From Lingula anatina (taxonomy: Eukaryota; Animalia; Brachiopoda): DNA of 64,000 nucleotides. The notes beneath the pieces are model-generated. The model saw only the letters and a list, made by a program, of their open reading frames with translations. It did no database searches and was not told the DNA's origin. The stretch spans positions 5,774,954 through 5,838,953 of the forward strand of contig CM120644.1 in assembly GCA_051362555.1 (NCBI GenBank), written 5' to 3'. The position numbers and the translations under genes were made by a program. Shown here piece by piece: positions 1-13,916 of this stretch. Numbering within the stretch: the stretch's first letter is position 1; each line of letters begins with the position of its first letter.

Positions 1-1179
1 TTTACAACGAACTTTTTTCAATTTCTATTCACAGCAAAATAGTCACTTATGATAACAACCCCTGACAACTAAATAACTGCTCATTGTCTTACCTAGACAT
101 GGGGACAACACATACATCGACTATTCATAATTCAGTCTTTTAGGAAGTTAGTAAAATAAAGCAAAGAAAGAAACTAGACATGACCATATTTAACAGCATT
201 CACGCATGTTGCAACAGCAGTTAAAGCCAACATAGCTTTATAATCATGCATTAAGACATGAAAGACGGCGGTTATAATGAGACGAGATGGCGGGACAACG
301 TTAACTAGGTTTGTTCTATTGAAACTTGCTCACATTAAGTGATTGTCTAGTTATAAGCGCTTAATGGGTCATTACCATGTAATAACCGTTTGTCAACACG
401 CGTTGGCCTGGCAAAGCCATGCATTAATATCCTGTAACGCCCCCTGTACTTCGCCATCTTGATCGAAAATTACCGATTTCACAATGAGGTATGAGCGAAA
501 TAATCATGGTATCCATACACAACAAATTAAAATTTATGACAACTTTTAACCAACGTAATTGTTAATTAGTCATTACTTTGCTATGATCCACTTAAACAAT
601 AAAAATATGTGTAAATATTATGTTTTTGGCGAGTGGCATTTCGAACTAATTGCTTTTGCGTATTTATAAATATACAGGTAATAACGACGCAGTATCACGT
701 TCTTAGCAGACGACAACACGGCCTCATGGCACATCACGCTTGCATACCACTGCTTATCAAGCTCATCAATGGAGTAACAGTAAAAATTAGCAGTCAGTGT
801 ACCACTGAAGATCGAGCATGATGGAGTCATGACCAGACGTTAAAAACGTTACAATTTAAGCCTCCATAGATCCAATAATTATTACCTTCCTTTTACAGAC
901 TATACGCATTTAAAAGTTGTTTGTCTATTGAACATCTCAAACATGAAAAGTCTCCAAGAACTGTATTGGGAGAGGTAGGCAGTGTAGTCTTTGGTATGCA
1001 GACCGACAGAACCACTGTATTTTACCGAAAAACGCAAATACAGCGTATACTGCCAATGCCCACGTAACCTCTCTAGGTATAAGAACTCCAAGTTGCCAAA
1101 CGGTGAAGCAACATCGTATCTAGTTTGTTCTCGGCCGAATCCTTCAGATAGCACTTATCTCTGGAGACTTTGTAATCGC

Positions 1180-1230
<51 letters not shown>

Positions 1231-2748
1231 TAGGGACAATAACATATAAAGAGGCACAAGACAACATCAAACTTTGTTTTAAGGGCTTGTTAAGGGCAAT
1301 TACTGAATATTTTTGATGAATCTGAAAAAAGGAAACAGCTTTCTAACATACGATGTCTATTCACACTGCATAGAAAGATGGGTTCTGACAAACAAACACC
1401 TTTTTTGACCAACTTTAAATAAAACAAGCTTCTCTTTCTTTCACGTCTCAGTGCCAGCACCGGTATAGTTTTCTAAAAGCCTTTCATTACAACGATACGG
1501 GCAAGTGTTCTTTGTCGAAATTACACCATGAAAAATAGAAAGAATAGCAGTCCTGAAAAACTTATAGTATGCTTGTGAATGCTGATGAGAATTTAATGAC
1601 AGCCTCAATAACAAGTCACGATTTTAAAAGTGATAAAACATTGCAATGTTTGACAGGTGTCATTTTTGTTGTCAAAACATTATGGCTGAAGATACGAACT
1701 TAATTACAAGAGGGGGTTGGAGTGGGAGAGAGTGGTAACAGTCAAATATACAGTAGGTAGTTTTTTTAGGTAGACTGGACGTTTATTTTTGGCACCGCAG
1801 ACACAAAGACTGGTGCAGGGTCGTTTTGGATAATATGAAAAACGAACACGGCCACTTGTAGGGTGTAATGTTTGCCTTGATATTTGACGTGAGTGAGAAG
1901 ATGTTTACCAATCCCGTGAGGCGCATTTGATGTCCTATTGTGACAACTAAAACCTAAATAAAATTCACCATAAAATGGGATCACGACTTTTATTTGTAAC
2001 TTTCCGATCACAATATATTTACTCATTCAGCCTTTTTTTTCCTTTCTGTTGTTAATATATTCTCTATCCAAAACGACCGTAAATAGCATTTTTGAAAATA
2101 GAAATGAAATCCAGATCTCTAACTGGCACTCTCTGTTTAAGCAGGTAATGCAGGTGCATTATAAGACATCATATTCTTTTAAGAAAAATAATTTATGGCA
2201 TATGTATAACTGTTTAATGTTACTGATAAAGAAAAGCGTTTTGTTTTTATCATTTTGATTATTATAGTATACCGCAGAGAAAATAAAAAAACAAGACAGA
2301 AGTTTACTTCGATTACACAGAATTAGGGCGTGTGTTACTGACGTGACTATTGGGAAGAGCTCTAGCTGATAAATAACTCAAATTTCACTGGAATCTCCTC
2401 CGACTACTAACGGGCAGAGTTGTCTCAATAAGAGGGATTCTATTTCATCTAGAGTAAATATTTTTAGGAGGTATTTCTAACTATACTGACGGGCAACATC
2501 GCCAATGAAGTATGACGTGTCGTTCCCTCACCTAGTCTGAGACTGAGTCATAATGTAGTAAATATGCAAATTGTGCCACGTCGTTTAAAAACGATTAATT
2601 TTTACCAGCATGTTTGCTGCAGAAATATACTTCTATTTCAGCCCAAACAAACCATTGCCTATATTGCTTGGCATCGGCACAGAACTCCCTCACTGTCACA
2701 GCTCAGTGACCTTTAGAACATTTCATCAAGTGGTTAATAAGGTTCAGA

Positions 2749-3910
2749 ATGAAGATGATCCTGGTCTTGATTTTACTCGTCGCTATTGCAACCCAAGGTA
2801 ATGATTTAATATGTTAATGCGTTCTCTGCATAGTCATGAATAAGAAAAAATATGTTTCTTTATAGAGAGGAAGAACTTTTGCAGATTGATTAAATAAGAA
2901 AAATGTGTGTATTTATAGAATGGAAAAACTTATGTAGATTGGTGTGGAAACCAAATGCCCTGATATTAAAGAGATGCTAATATAAAGCTATGGGGATGAA
3001 TAGAGAACAAGATGATGGATATGACATAAGAGGCAATTTGAATGGAACATTGTAAATCGAGTTTGTAACTAGTATACGTAACAATTTCAAATGTAGAACT
3101 GCCATACTATTTTTAAATTCCATCTTACGTACAGTAGCTTAGAAAACCAGAACATCATGTTTCAATTTCTGCATATGACTCAATCACAGAATACAGTTCG
3201 CATAAGCCGTCAATTAAGATTTAAAAACATTTTCGCAGCCTTCCGTGCTTGATGACCGGTTACGTTATGTTGTTGTAGTTGGAGATGAAAGAAGACACAG
3301 TTTTATCTTTCTTTGGTATTAACTCCTTATACATGTATTTAGCAAACATACCTGTATCCATAGTCGAAATAACGCAACATTATTACCTAAAACTACCAAT
3401 TTTGCACAAAAAGCGTTCCATATTTATTCTTACAGAAATCTCTGCTGGATCTGTGCAAGCAGATGCCGGAAGCAGGGTTGAGCGACAAGGTATGGTACCT
3501 AATAAAACTGAGAGAAGTAACGACTGTTACGTTCACTCTGACTGCAAAGACTACTGCCGTGGTTGTGAAGTCTACAACTGCCATTTAATGGACGAATATA
3601 ACAGGGTGTGCATTTGTGATAGTTGTGTAAGTACTACAGCATGTGGCCTTAAGATGATGTTAATAGTTGTGCGTCACTTTTACCCCATATGATCCACATT
3701 GGTGATGGTGAGTCACAGTAGATAAACATTACATCAATATTGTTTTACACTTTATCTACATAGTTAGGTAGCGATTGGTGCGAAAAGTCAGAGGGACCGG
3801 TTTCAATTGATTTATTAATCAAGTCTATTGATTGATCTACTTCAGTTCAGTAAATGCCAATTGTGACACTTGAAATTATTTTCAATTTTTAATTTTTCTT
3901 TCAGTACTAA
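2749..3910 (+). CDS. Secreted 8-Cys CS-alpha-beta defensin-like prepropeptide, copy 1 (exons 2749-2797, 3436-3626, 3905-3910)
   Basis: Spliced product MKMILVLILLVAIATQEISA-GSVQADAGSRVERQGMVPNKTER-SNDCYVHSDCKDYCRGCEVYNCHLMDEYNRVCICDSCY*. GT-AG introns (phase 1, then phase 0) lie at identical positions in three paralogs; hydrophobic signal peptide; CxxxC and CxC motifs; AATAAA at 3989-3994. Confidence 0.85.
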
Positions 3911-4457
3911 AAAATACCTGAATATGGACATTTCAACAGGAAGCAGAGACCATTAAATTGATCAAATCCTAATTTAATTTTGGAAGTTAATAAAATGAGG
4001 AAAACAAAAAAGCTCTGTTTTTACATGTAAACCGTTAGTTTAATACAAAGACTACACGTGCGCCAGATTTACAATTGCTTGCGATCTCACCAAACGCATT
4101 CAGAGATCCGAAAATCTTTTGTATTTATTGAAAAATTGATTGAAATAGTTGGTCTTTATTCATAGGGTGGTGTGAAAAATTAAGTCTTGGCCAATTTGTA
4201 ATTTTCTCTTCGACTGTTCATGCCAACAACTGCTCTACTGGAAATGGTTTTTGTTGTTGGGGTAAAATCCCAGCAACACTCAAATGCTTTATGATTTTGA
4301 ATTATTTGAACAAAACAAGTCATATTTCACTGTTTAGGATTCTTTCGAAAGAGGATAGATGTGCCATTATAAGGATGTGATAGGTTTTTGGGAAAGTATC
4401 TCTTTTTATCTATCTCGTTAGAAATAAATAATTGTGCAAACAGTCAAATAGCGTAAT

Positions 4458-4512
<55 letters not shown>

Positions 4513-6041
4513 TGATAGTCTGGTCATATCAATAACGGTTTTGTCATTCAGCTACATACAACACATTTTAAATAACGGCCGCAATTTTCACCAAGACGCG
4601 ATTCCTCTGCCGACATTTTTTTTTAATTGCTGTAGGCTTATTGCCAATTTATTCAGTAACATGTAGCACGAGCAGCTCATTTTAGGTGTAGGGTCTTCCT
4701 ACGTGTTAAGGAACAACACAATGCATCTTAAATATTCCAATCCCCAGTCCATGAGACCACATTCAACTTGTAGGAACTACCTTTTTGTAGTCAATAGTAT
4801 TTTTTCATGTGAAATAAATGGCAATCCTAAAAAAGTCAGTTTCCAATTAATATAATTCTCAAGCACTTCCATTCTACAACGAGCATTTAAATTTATATTC
4901 AATGCAAAATGGTCACTTATGATAATGAATCCCTGACAGCTAAATAAGTTCTCACTGTCCTACCTAGACCTGGGGACGAGTTCGAGCATTATAACTCTAT
5001 TAAGGCATAGCTGCATCACTGATAATTACGGTTAAATCAGTTGGAAGCAAAATACATTGACTATTTATAATTCAGTCTTTTAGGAAGTTAATGAAATGAA
5101 GCAAAGAAAGAAAACTGTTTTCAGTTAGATATGACCATATTTAACATCCTTCACGAGCGCCTCGGCTCCGTAACTCGAAATCATCGCATACTGCAACAGC
5201 AGTAAAAGCCAACATAGATTTAAAATCATGCATTACGACATGATGAGACGGCGGTTATAATGAGACGAGATGGCGGGACAACGTTAACTAGGTTTGTTCT
5301 ATTGAAGCTCTCTTATATAAAGTCATTGTCCTTTTATAAGCACTTATGGGACATTACCGTTGTAATGACCGTTTGTCAACAACAACGTGTTGGCCTGGCA
5401 AAACCATGCATTTGTTAATATCCTGTAACGCCCCCTGTACCTCGCCACCTTGATCGAAAATTACCGATTTCACACTGAAGTATGACCGAAATAATCATTG
5501 TATCCATACACAACAAATTAAAATTTATGACAACTTTTAACCAACGTAATTGTTAATTAGTCATTACTTTGCTATGATCTACTTAAACAATAAAAATATG
5601 TGTAAATATCATATGTTTTTGGCGAGTGGCATTTCGAAGTAATTGCTTTTGCGTATTTATAAATATACAGGTAATAACGACGCAGTATCACGTTCTGAGC
5701 AGACGACAACATACTTTCCAAATTACTCAATAATTATTACCTTTCTTTTACATACTATACACATTTAAAAGTTGTTTGTCTATTGAACATCACAAACATG
5801 AAAATTCTCCAAGAACTCTATTGTAAGAGGTAGGCAGTGTATTATTTGACATGCAGAGCGACAGAACCACTGTATTTTACCGAAAAACGCAAATAAGGCG
5901 TATACTGCCAATGCCCACGTAACATCTCTAGGTATAAGAACTCCAAGTTGCCAAACGATGAAGCAACATCGTATCTAGTTTGTTCTCGGCCAAATAGCAC
6001 TTATCTCTGGAGACTTTATAATCGCTGATTTTTTTTTTTTA

Positions 6042-6072
<31 letters not shown>

Positions 6073-6281
6073 TTATTATTTTTTTTTTTTTGAGGGAGGG
6101 ACAATAACATATAAAATGGCACAATACAACATCAAACTTTGTTTTAAGGGCTTGTTATAGGCAATTACTGAATATTTTTGATGAATCTGAAAAAAGGAAA
6201 CAGCTTTCTAACATACGGTGTCTATTCACACTGCAAAGAAAGATGGGTTCTGACAAACAAACACCTTTTTGCCCAACTTTA

Positions 6282-8788
6282 CAGCCATTCCACGAAAAAG
6301 GGTACAATTCTGAATAATACCTGTCGCAGCTTATTTTCGGTAGTAAAAGCATCTGCAATTTTGCTTTTTTTAGCCTTTTTTAGCTGGACCCGATGTGTTC
6401 TACTTAAAAAACAACAATTAATATAGTACCACTTGCTTTGACGGGAACCCCGGGGGTCTATATGCCGCAAAAAGCACGATTTCGACGTGTCGCTTCGGTA
6501 TTATAGCTGATTTGCCACAAGAAAAAGTTTATATTTTCCCGTGTTTTAGTGTTTTTAGTCCTCAACTAATTTGAATTCATGTTTCTTTTTATCATACATG
6601 GTGATCTCTGTCGAATTTGTTGGTTAGTTACGTCACTGTCATAGTTTAATCAATGTCGCTCAGTAACCTCTAACCTCCGTAACGGTTTTTTAAGTCAATG
6701 TAAGAATAAATGAAAATGCTCTTAAATGGCATTCCTGTGTATTTTTCAAACTCATAATACATGAAGTTTAATAAAACAGTGCTATTTGTTAATTTTGAAT
6801 GATGCGTTCCATCATAGAGAATGTTAACTCACAAAAGTCGGGGTGTCGCATTTAAGAGCCTAACCTCAGTAACGGACCAAATTTGAAGAAAATGTTGCTT
6901 TAGAAAGTTAAAAACATCATTTTTGTTAAGCAAGGACCAACTTCTTCCTAAAAAATTCATTCAATAGTTATGCAAAGTTATCCCGAGGATAAAAACTGAA
7001 AAAGAATGCGTGTCACCTTACGTCCGTTATGCTAACCTCCGTTACGAAATAAGTTAATTGTTAAAAAAAATGACTGTTAATACTTTTAAACGTTATTTCT
7101 GTGGTTTTGTGAGTTAATTCTGATCATATAAATAGTTCTACTTCTATGTTCTGATGTAGTATGCATTCATACTGCTTGCTGTTAAAGACATTACCCCGCG
7201 TTAATATAGATATAAAATATACATATATAGCTGATAATTCTATCAAGAAAGGCTAATGATTTAAGTTTTTACTCCAGTTTTCTATGAAATCAAGGGTAAA
7301 TCGCGATTTGTTTTATCGAATTGATTTCCGTTTGTCACTTGACGATGCCTTTTTGAACTTATCATTCTGATTTTAAGCGAAATGAGTAGTTTTCAGGACT
7401 GTCTTGGCAAGAAAAATGGTACTAGCTGACATCAGTACTAACGTGCATGTAGCAGACATTATTTTCACGGGAGACACATGGCGAAATATATTAAGCATTA
7501 AAGCAACAGTTACATTTATCAGGTAGAACTGCGGGATTATTAGGTCCTATTTTACTATTTCAGTAGCACATAATTGTTTTTATCATCTTCTAGATGCTTC
7601 CAGTTACTTTAAATGGACAGTTACTGGCAAACACGTGTCTATTGTCGGCCTACTTAATTGTATGCATTAACTTTCTCGGGTATTTTGTTGTTTTTTATTG
7701 CCTATAACTGCGATCATGTGCATGTAGGTTTAATGTTTTGTTATACAGACACCAATGTGCCACTTACAAATACAGAGCGACAAAAACACTACAGAGAAAG
7801 AAACAAAAAATCTAATGACCTCGAAGCTTTTCTTGTGAAAGATTTTGAACGGTTTAAATGTACATGTATGACATAATTTAGACTAGAGTTTTACCTTCCC
7901 TCTGTTACTAAGATTATAAATTAAACTCTTACTCTGGTAAAATATGGAATGTGAATTCTACAGATACATAGATCAACATATTAGCAGTGAAATGTATCCA
8001 TTAGTGGTAAATGTATTTATGAAGTCCTTGAAAGTAAGCAAAACAACCCGTTGTAACCATTTGCCATTTAATGGTTTGAATAAACAAGTTTTATCAATTT
8101 TTCTATGTTATTATGTAAATTTGTCGTATCTGTAATACTTTAAATTCCGAATTCATCTTCTAAAGTCTACCTTAAGCTAAAAATATCAAAACAAATATAT
8201 GATCGCTGACCTATGTAGAATGACCTAACCTCCGTTACGAAATTACTCCTTTTTCATTTGAACACTGGATATGTGTGTGCTCATTGATCAATGCTAATAT
8301 CATAATAGATTGATAGCACTTTGTTCATAAACAAATAGTATGATAAAAAAGCAAGTCTGTCCCCAACGATTAATAAAATATTAAAATTGGAATATCTCAG
8401 CCTTTGTATTTATAGAAAACGAGCCACTTATTACCAATGTGTTTGCACCGCATTTTCTATAATTGAAGAGAAATCTTAAATGGGCAATAATATTTTGAAT
8501 ACATACAAATTCTTAATAATTGAATCAAATATGGAGCCTGTGACCTTTGGCATGATTGAAATATAACCTAATTTAGATGTTACCTAACCTCCGTAACGAA
8601 AAAAATACTGTCCTACCATGTTTACACGTGCATATTTCTTTAAATACAGTAATGGTGTGGATTAAAATTCTTCTACTACTTTCTGAATACCTCTTCATCA
8701 AAATAATATAAAAAGTTTTCCAGTTTTGCAAAGTTCATATCGCTGCATTTCTTGTTTTGGAATTGTACCCCTTTTCGTGGAATGGCTG
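6282..8788. mobile_element. 2.5-kb non-autonomous DNA transposon with 29-bp TIRs inserted upstream of peptide gene copy 2
   Basis: Left CAGCCATTCCACGAAAAAGGGTACAATTC (6282-6310) and right GAATTGTACCCCTTTTCGTGGAATGGCTG (8760-8788), 1 mismatch. Absent from the paralogous site at about 1416 (ccaacttta|aataaaac). Five internal TAACCTCCGTWACG-like motifs. Confidence 0.85.
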
Positions 8789-9807
8789 AATTAAATAAAA
8801 CAAGCTTCTCTTTCTTTCACGTCTCAATGCCAAAACCGGTATAGTTTTCTAAAAGCCTTTCATTACAACGATACGGGCAAGTGTTCTTTGTCGAAATTAC
8901 ACCATGAAAAATAGAAAGAATAGCAGTCCTGAAAAACTCATAGTATGCTTGTGAATGCTGATGAGAATTTAATGACAGCCTCAATAACAAGTCACGATTT
9001 TATAAGTGATAAAACATTGCAATGTTTGACAGGTGTCATTTTTGTTGTCAAAACATTATGCCTGAAGATACAAACTTAATTACAAGAGGGGGTTGGAGTG
9101 GAAGAGAGTGGTAACAGTCAAATATACAGTAGGTAGTTTGTTAAGTAGACTGGACGTTTATCTTTGGCACCGCAGACACAAAGACTGGTGCAGGGTCGTT
9201 TTGGATAATATGAAAAACGAACACGGTCCCTTCTAGGCTGTAATTTCTACCTCGATAGTTTACGTGAGTCGGAAGATATTTAATGATACTGTGAGGCGCA
9301 TTTGAAGTCCTACTGTGACAACTAAAACCTAAATAAATCTCAACATACAATAATCACGACATTTATTTGTAACTTTCCGATCACAATATATTTAATCATT
9401 CAGGCTTTTTTCTTTCTGTTGCTAATATATACTCTATCCATAATGTCCGTAAATAGTGTTTTTTGGAAATAAAAATGAACTCCAGATCCCCAACTGGCAC
9501 TCTCAGTTGAGCATAAGACATCATATTTCTTAAGAAAAACAATTTATGGCATATGAATAACTGTTTTATGTCACTGATAAAGAAAAGCGTGTTTGTGTTC
9601 TTATTGTTCATGTAGTAAATATGCAAATGGCGTGACGTCGTTTAAAAAACGATTAATTTCTACCAGCATGTTTTCTGCAGAAATGTACTTATATTTCAGT
9701 TCAAACAAGTCATTGCCTATATCGCTCGGCATCGGCACAGAACTCCCTCTCTGCCACAGCTCAGAAACCATTAGAATATTTCATCCGTGTGGTTGATACG
9801 GTTCAGA

Positions 9808-11171
9808 ATGAAGATGGGCCTGGTCTTAATTTTACTTGTCGCTATTGCTACGCAAGGTAAGGATTTTTTTATAACAAGTCCTCTGGATAGTTACCAAGAA
9901 GAAAAATATGTTTCTTTACAGAGAGGAAGAACTTATGCAGATTATTGTAGACACCAAATACCTTGATATTATAGATATGCCAATATAAAGCAAAGGGGAT
10001 GTGAAAAATTACAAATACTATTTATAGATTTATTGTACGTAGTGCAAACACGAAATATAAAAAAAATACACAATATTTACTGACAATTTCCATGAAATAC
10101 AGACAGTTTATGTGTGGGATGATTGCGTTTGACTGTTTACATAACAACTCCGACTGGATACACGTGAGTTTTGTCAATAGTGGCTGTCATGCTCTTTGTT
10201 TTCCCATGAATCTAAACATAATTAGCGTTTTTTATATACAAAATGCAATTCTACGAGGGCAACAGTGATTTTCTGCACGCCTATTTATCACCCTTAATAT
10301 AACCCTCTTTTGAAAATCCAAAATATTATGCGTATCACTCAATACAATTCGTATAAGCCATCTTGTAAGATTTAAAAATAATTTTTCAACATACTTTCCA
10401 AATTACTCAGTGCCATGCGTATAAGCCATTTTTTAAGATTAAAAACATTTTCTCAGTCTTCCGAGGCAGACGACTGGTTATTTCTATGGTATGATGCTAT
10501 ATTTTGCCGATGATAGCTAGAAGACACAGGCTCATCTTTTTTTATATTCACTTATTTATGCATTTAGCAGACCTGTATCCATCGGCTTGGTAGAGCATAT
10601 ATATAGTCTAACAAACGCAACTTGTAAACCAAAAATTAACATTTTGCCGGTGCACAAAATGTTTTTTTATATTCATTTTAACAGAAATCTCTGCTGGACC
10701 CGTGCAAGCAGATACTGGAAGCAGGGTTGTGCGAGAAGGCATGGTACCCAATATAACTAAGAGAGTTATCAACTGTGAGGCTGACGATGACTGCAAAAAC
10801 TACTGCCAAAACTTTGGATGTCGAGGTTACAGCTGCCACGTTTACGGCTACTATGGCGGGGTGTGCAATTGTGAACCGTGTGTAAGTACCACAACATGAA
10901 GCCTTAAGATATTTTCAATAGTTACGCGTCACTTTTACCCCATATCGTCCATTTTGACTTTACATCAATATCGTTTTCTACTTTTATCTGTATGGTTGGC
11001 TAGCGATTGGTGCGTAACTTAAGTTCCATGGACCAGTTTCAGAATGGATTTATTAATTTTAATTGACTACTTTTTTTATTTTTATTAACTTAAAATTTGT
11101 GTTCTTGAGTTCAGTATATGTCAATTATGATAATTGTAATTATTTTCAATTTTTTACTTTTCTTTCAGTAA
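9808..11171 (+). CDS. Secreted 8-Cys CS-alpha-beta defensin-like prepropeptide, copy 2 (exons 9808-9856, 10685-10881, 11169-11171)
   Basis: MKMGLVLILLVAIATQEISA-GPVQADTGSRVVREGMVPNITKR-VINCEADDDCKNYCQNFGCRGYSCHVYGYYGGVCNCEPC*. Same splice sites as copy 1; dibasic KR before the mature region; exon 3 begins with TAA; AATAAA at 11255-11260. Confidence 0.85.
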
Positions 11172-12217
11172 TAATAATATCTGAATATGGGCTTTCAACA
11201 GGAAGCAGAGGCCATTAAATTGATCAAATCTTAATTTCATTTCATTCGGAAGTTAATAAAATGAAGCAAACAAAAAAAAATCTATGTTTTTACATGTAAA
11301 CCGTTGGTTTAATACCAAGACTACACGTGCTCCAAATTACCATTTGTTTTGCGGTCTCACCTAACACATTCAGAGATGTGAACATCTTTTTGTATTTATT
11401 GAAACATCGATTGAAATATTTTTTCTTTATTCAGAGGGTAGTGTGAAAAGTTAAATCATGGCCAATTTGTAATTTTCTCTTCGACTGTTCATGCCAACAA
11501 CTACTCTACTGGGATTGGTTTTTGTTGTCGGGGTAAAATACCGGCAATGTTCAAATCTTTCATGGTTTGAATTATTTAAACAAAACGGAAGCCATGTTTC
11601 ACTGTTTAGGATCTTTTTGAGATAGAACAGATGTGTCAACATAAACGTATATTTGACAGCTATTGGGAAGGTTCTCTCTCTCTTTAAACCTTTCGTTAAA
11701 AACGAAGATTATTTTTACTTAATTTATACTTAATTTATATCTTTTGAAAGTTTTACTATTCATTTGAAGACCGACACTGGTATATCAATTATATGCATAA
11801 AAAAAGAGGTATGTCATCGGATAAATAAGAAAATAAGAAGAAGGTAAATCGCACCCTGCGTTGAGCATTAGTGACCATTCTAATCAAAGGGATTTTATAG
11901 CTGGTATTGAAAGTTGTAATGTTTATCATATTTAAAAGAACTGCCCTAGTAGCTTGATTAGATGTAAAAACATGACGCATAACAACAGGGCCGTAGCCTC
12001 CGGGGGGCGGGGGGGGGGGGAGCAGGGATCCCCCTGGGATTTGAGGTGCAAAAAAAAATAACCGCGAAGGTAAAAATAATAATTGCAAAGTTGGTATCAA
12101 TTCAGTGAGAAAATGCACGGATTGGCTCTCTTGCTTGTCCACGGAGGAAGAAACTTTATTCCTGATCCCAATGTCGTTTGCCTGCTGGGGAGATGACGGG
12201 ACAACTAAGACTGGGTT

Positions 12218-12448
12218 CCCATGCTTAGATCGATCCATCTGGATCGACCTTACTCCCTGGGAAGTCTAACTAAATTGCTATCAAATAACCGGCTTATATG
12301 TCTGTCAAACCTACCGAATCAACTAAGGGGTATAGATAATTTAATTACTCCCTAGCAGCTTTACTAGGCGTGACAGACATTTATGCCGGTCAAGTTGACA
12401 GCAATTAGTGAGACTACCCAGGAAGATAGATCGATCCAAATATCTGTA
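12218..12448. mobile_element. Palindromic MITE, family A (second copy at 34897-35100)
   Basis: Long imperfect inverted arms (tagatcgatc...gatcgatcca; aattgct/agcaatt; atgtctgtc/gacagacat); clear similarity to 34897-35100. Confidence 0.65.
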
Positions 12449-13039
12449 GAATAGTCCCTGAGTTTGTTCTATTGAACCTTGCTCATCTTAAGGCATTACC
12501 CCGCTATTAGAACTTACTGGGACATAACCGTTGTGATAACCGAATATCAACAATTACGTCTTGACCTGGGAAAGCCATGCATTAATACCCTGTAACCCCA
12601 CTGTACTTCGCCATCTTGATCGAAAATTACTGATTTTAAACCGAAATATGAGTGAAATAATCCCTGTATCCATACACAAAAAAAAAAAATAATAAAGTTA
12701 TGATAACTGTCAGGCAGCGTAATTGCTAATAGATCATTATTTTTGCTATGATCTACTTAAACAATAAAATGTGCTTAAATTTGACGTTTTTGACGTGTGG
12801 CATTTCGAACTAATTGCTTTTGCGTATTAATACGTATACAGGTAATAACAACGCAGTATCACGTTTTTAGCAGACGACAACACGGCCTCACACTACTGCA
12901 CTCGTATATGTCACTCTTATTGATTATCATGGTAAATAATGGAGTAACAATAAAAATTTAACAATCAATGAACGTTATGATAACCTCGCAAGATCAAGCA
13001 CAATAGAGACATGACCAGGCGATAAAACGTTAAATGCCT

Positions 13040-13320
13040 CATAAAAGAAAATTATCAAACACAAGCCGAAAAGGACAAGGCCAAAGGACAAGACTCCTCA
13101 AGGAGAGCCTTCTGGGACTACATAAATATAGGATCAACTGCCATGACTGCAATTCCTGTTACATTGGTGAGGCAGGTTTACAAGACCAGTGTTAGTGAAC
13201 ACAGAAAATCAGTGGCTGTAGGCAATGCCAGCTCTGCCAATTCTGAACACGTAATAGACACCGGCCACAGTATTGACTGGAATTCAACCAAAATCTTTGA
13301 ATCCGACATCCATGTCACCA
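13040..13320 (+). mobile_element. Degraded Penelope-like retroelement fragment (GIY-YIG endonuclease)
   Basis: Across a frameshift it reads YRINCHDCNSCYIGEAG / YKTSVSEHRKSV...SANSEHVIDTGHSIDWNSTKIFESD, matching the Y-x-I-x-C-xx-C-xxx-YIGE...EH...SA..EH....GH.IDW signature. Confidence 0.7.
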
Positions 13321-13916
13321 GCCACGGGACGGGACGGGGAGAGGGGGTAGGGAGGTTCAATTACATACAAAATGGCACAAGACCACATCAGACACTTCTT
13401 TTCATGTCTGTTTTAAGTGCTAATTAAATGCAATTGCTGAATGTTTTTGAAGAAATAGAAGAAAAAGTGAAACGGCAGAAAGAGACCCTTATTTAATCTG
13501 AAGTTTGAAGATGGTGGTTGTTTGTCAGAATCCATCTCTCTCTGCAGTGTGAATAGGCATCAAAATAGAAAGGAACTCCAGCCCCCTAACTATCGAGCAC
13601 AGTTGTCTCAAAAAGAGGGATTTCATTGTCTCTAGAGTAAAGATTTTTAGAATCATTTCTAACTAAACTTCACCAATGAAATATGACTGATCAACCTTCA
13701 CCTAAGGACCCTGGTCACGAGACTGATTCGTTATTTGGAAAAAGTGCAAATCGTGCGACGTCGCCTAAAAACGATCAATTTCTACCAGCATGTTTTCTGT
13801 TGAAATATATTTCAGCCCTGGCAAACCATTACCTATATCGCTCGGCATCGACGAAGAACATCCTATCTGCCACATCTCAGATACCTTCCGAACATTTCAT
13901 CCAAGTGAGGCTCAGA

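Noticed and set aside
2385-2445. kB-like words upstream of the peptide genes (ggaatctcc, gggattct; gggatttca near 13617)
   Set aside because: Imperfect matches, and the segment is deleted in copy 2; not distinguishable from chance.
3279-3692. ORF-track versions of the Cys-rich peptides (also 10702-10899, 13683-13982, 15260-15553)
   Set aside because: They read through intron sequence; conserved splice sites give better 3-exon models.
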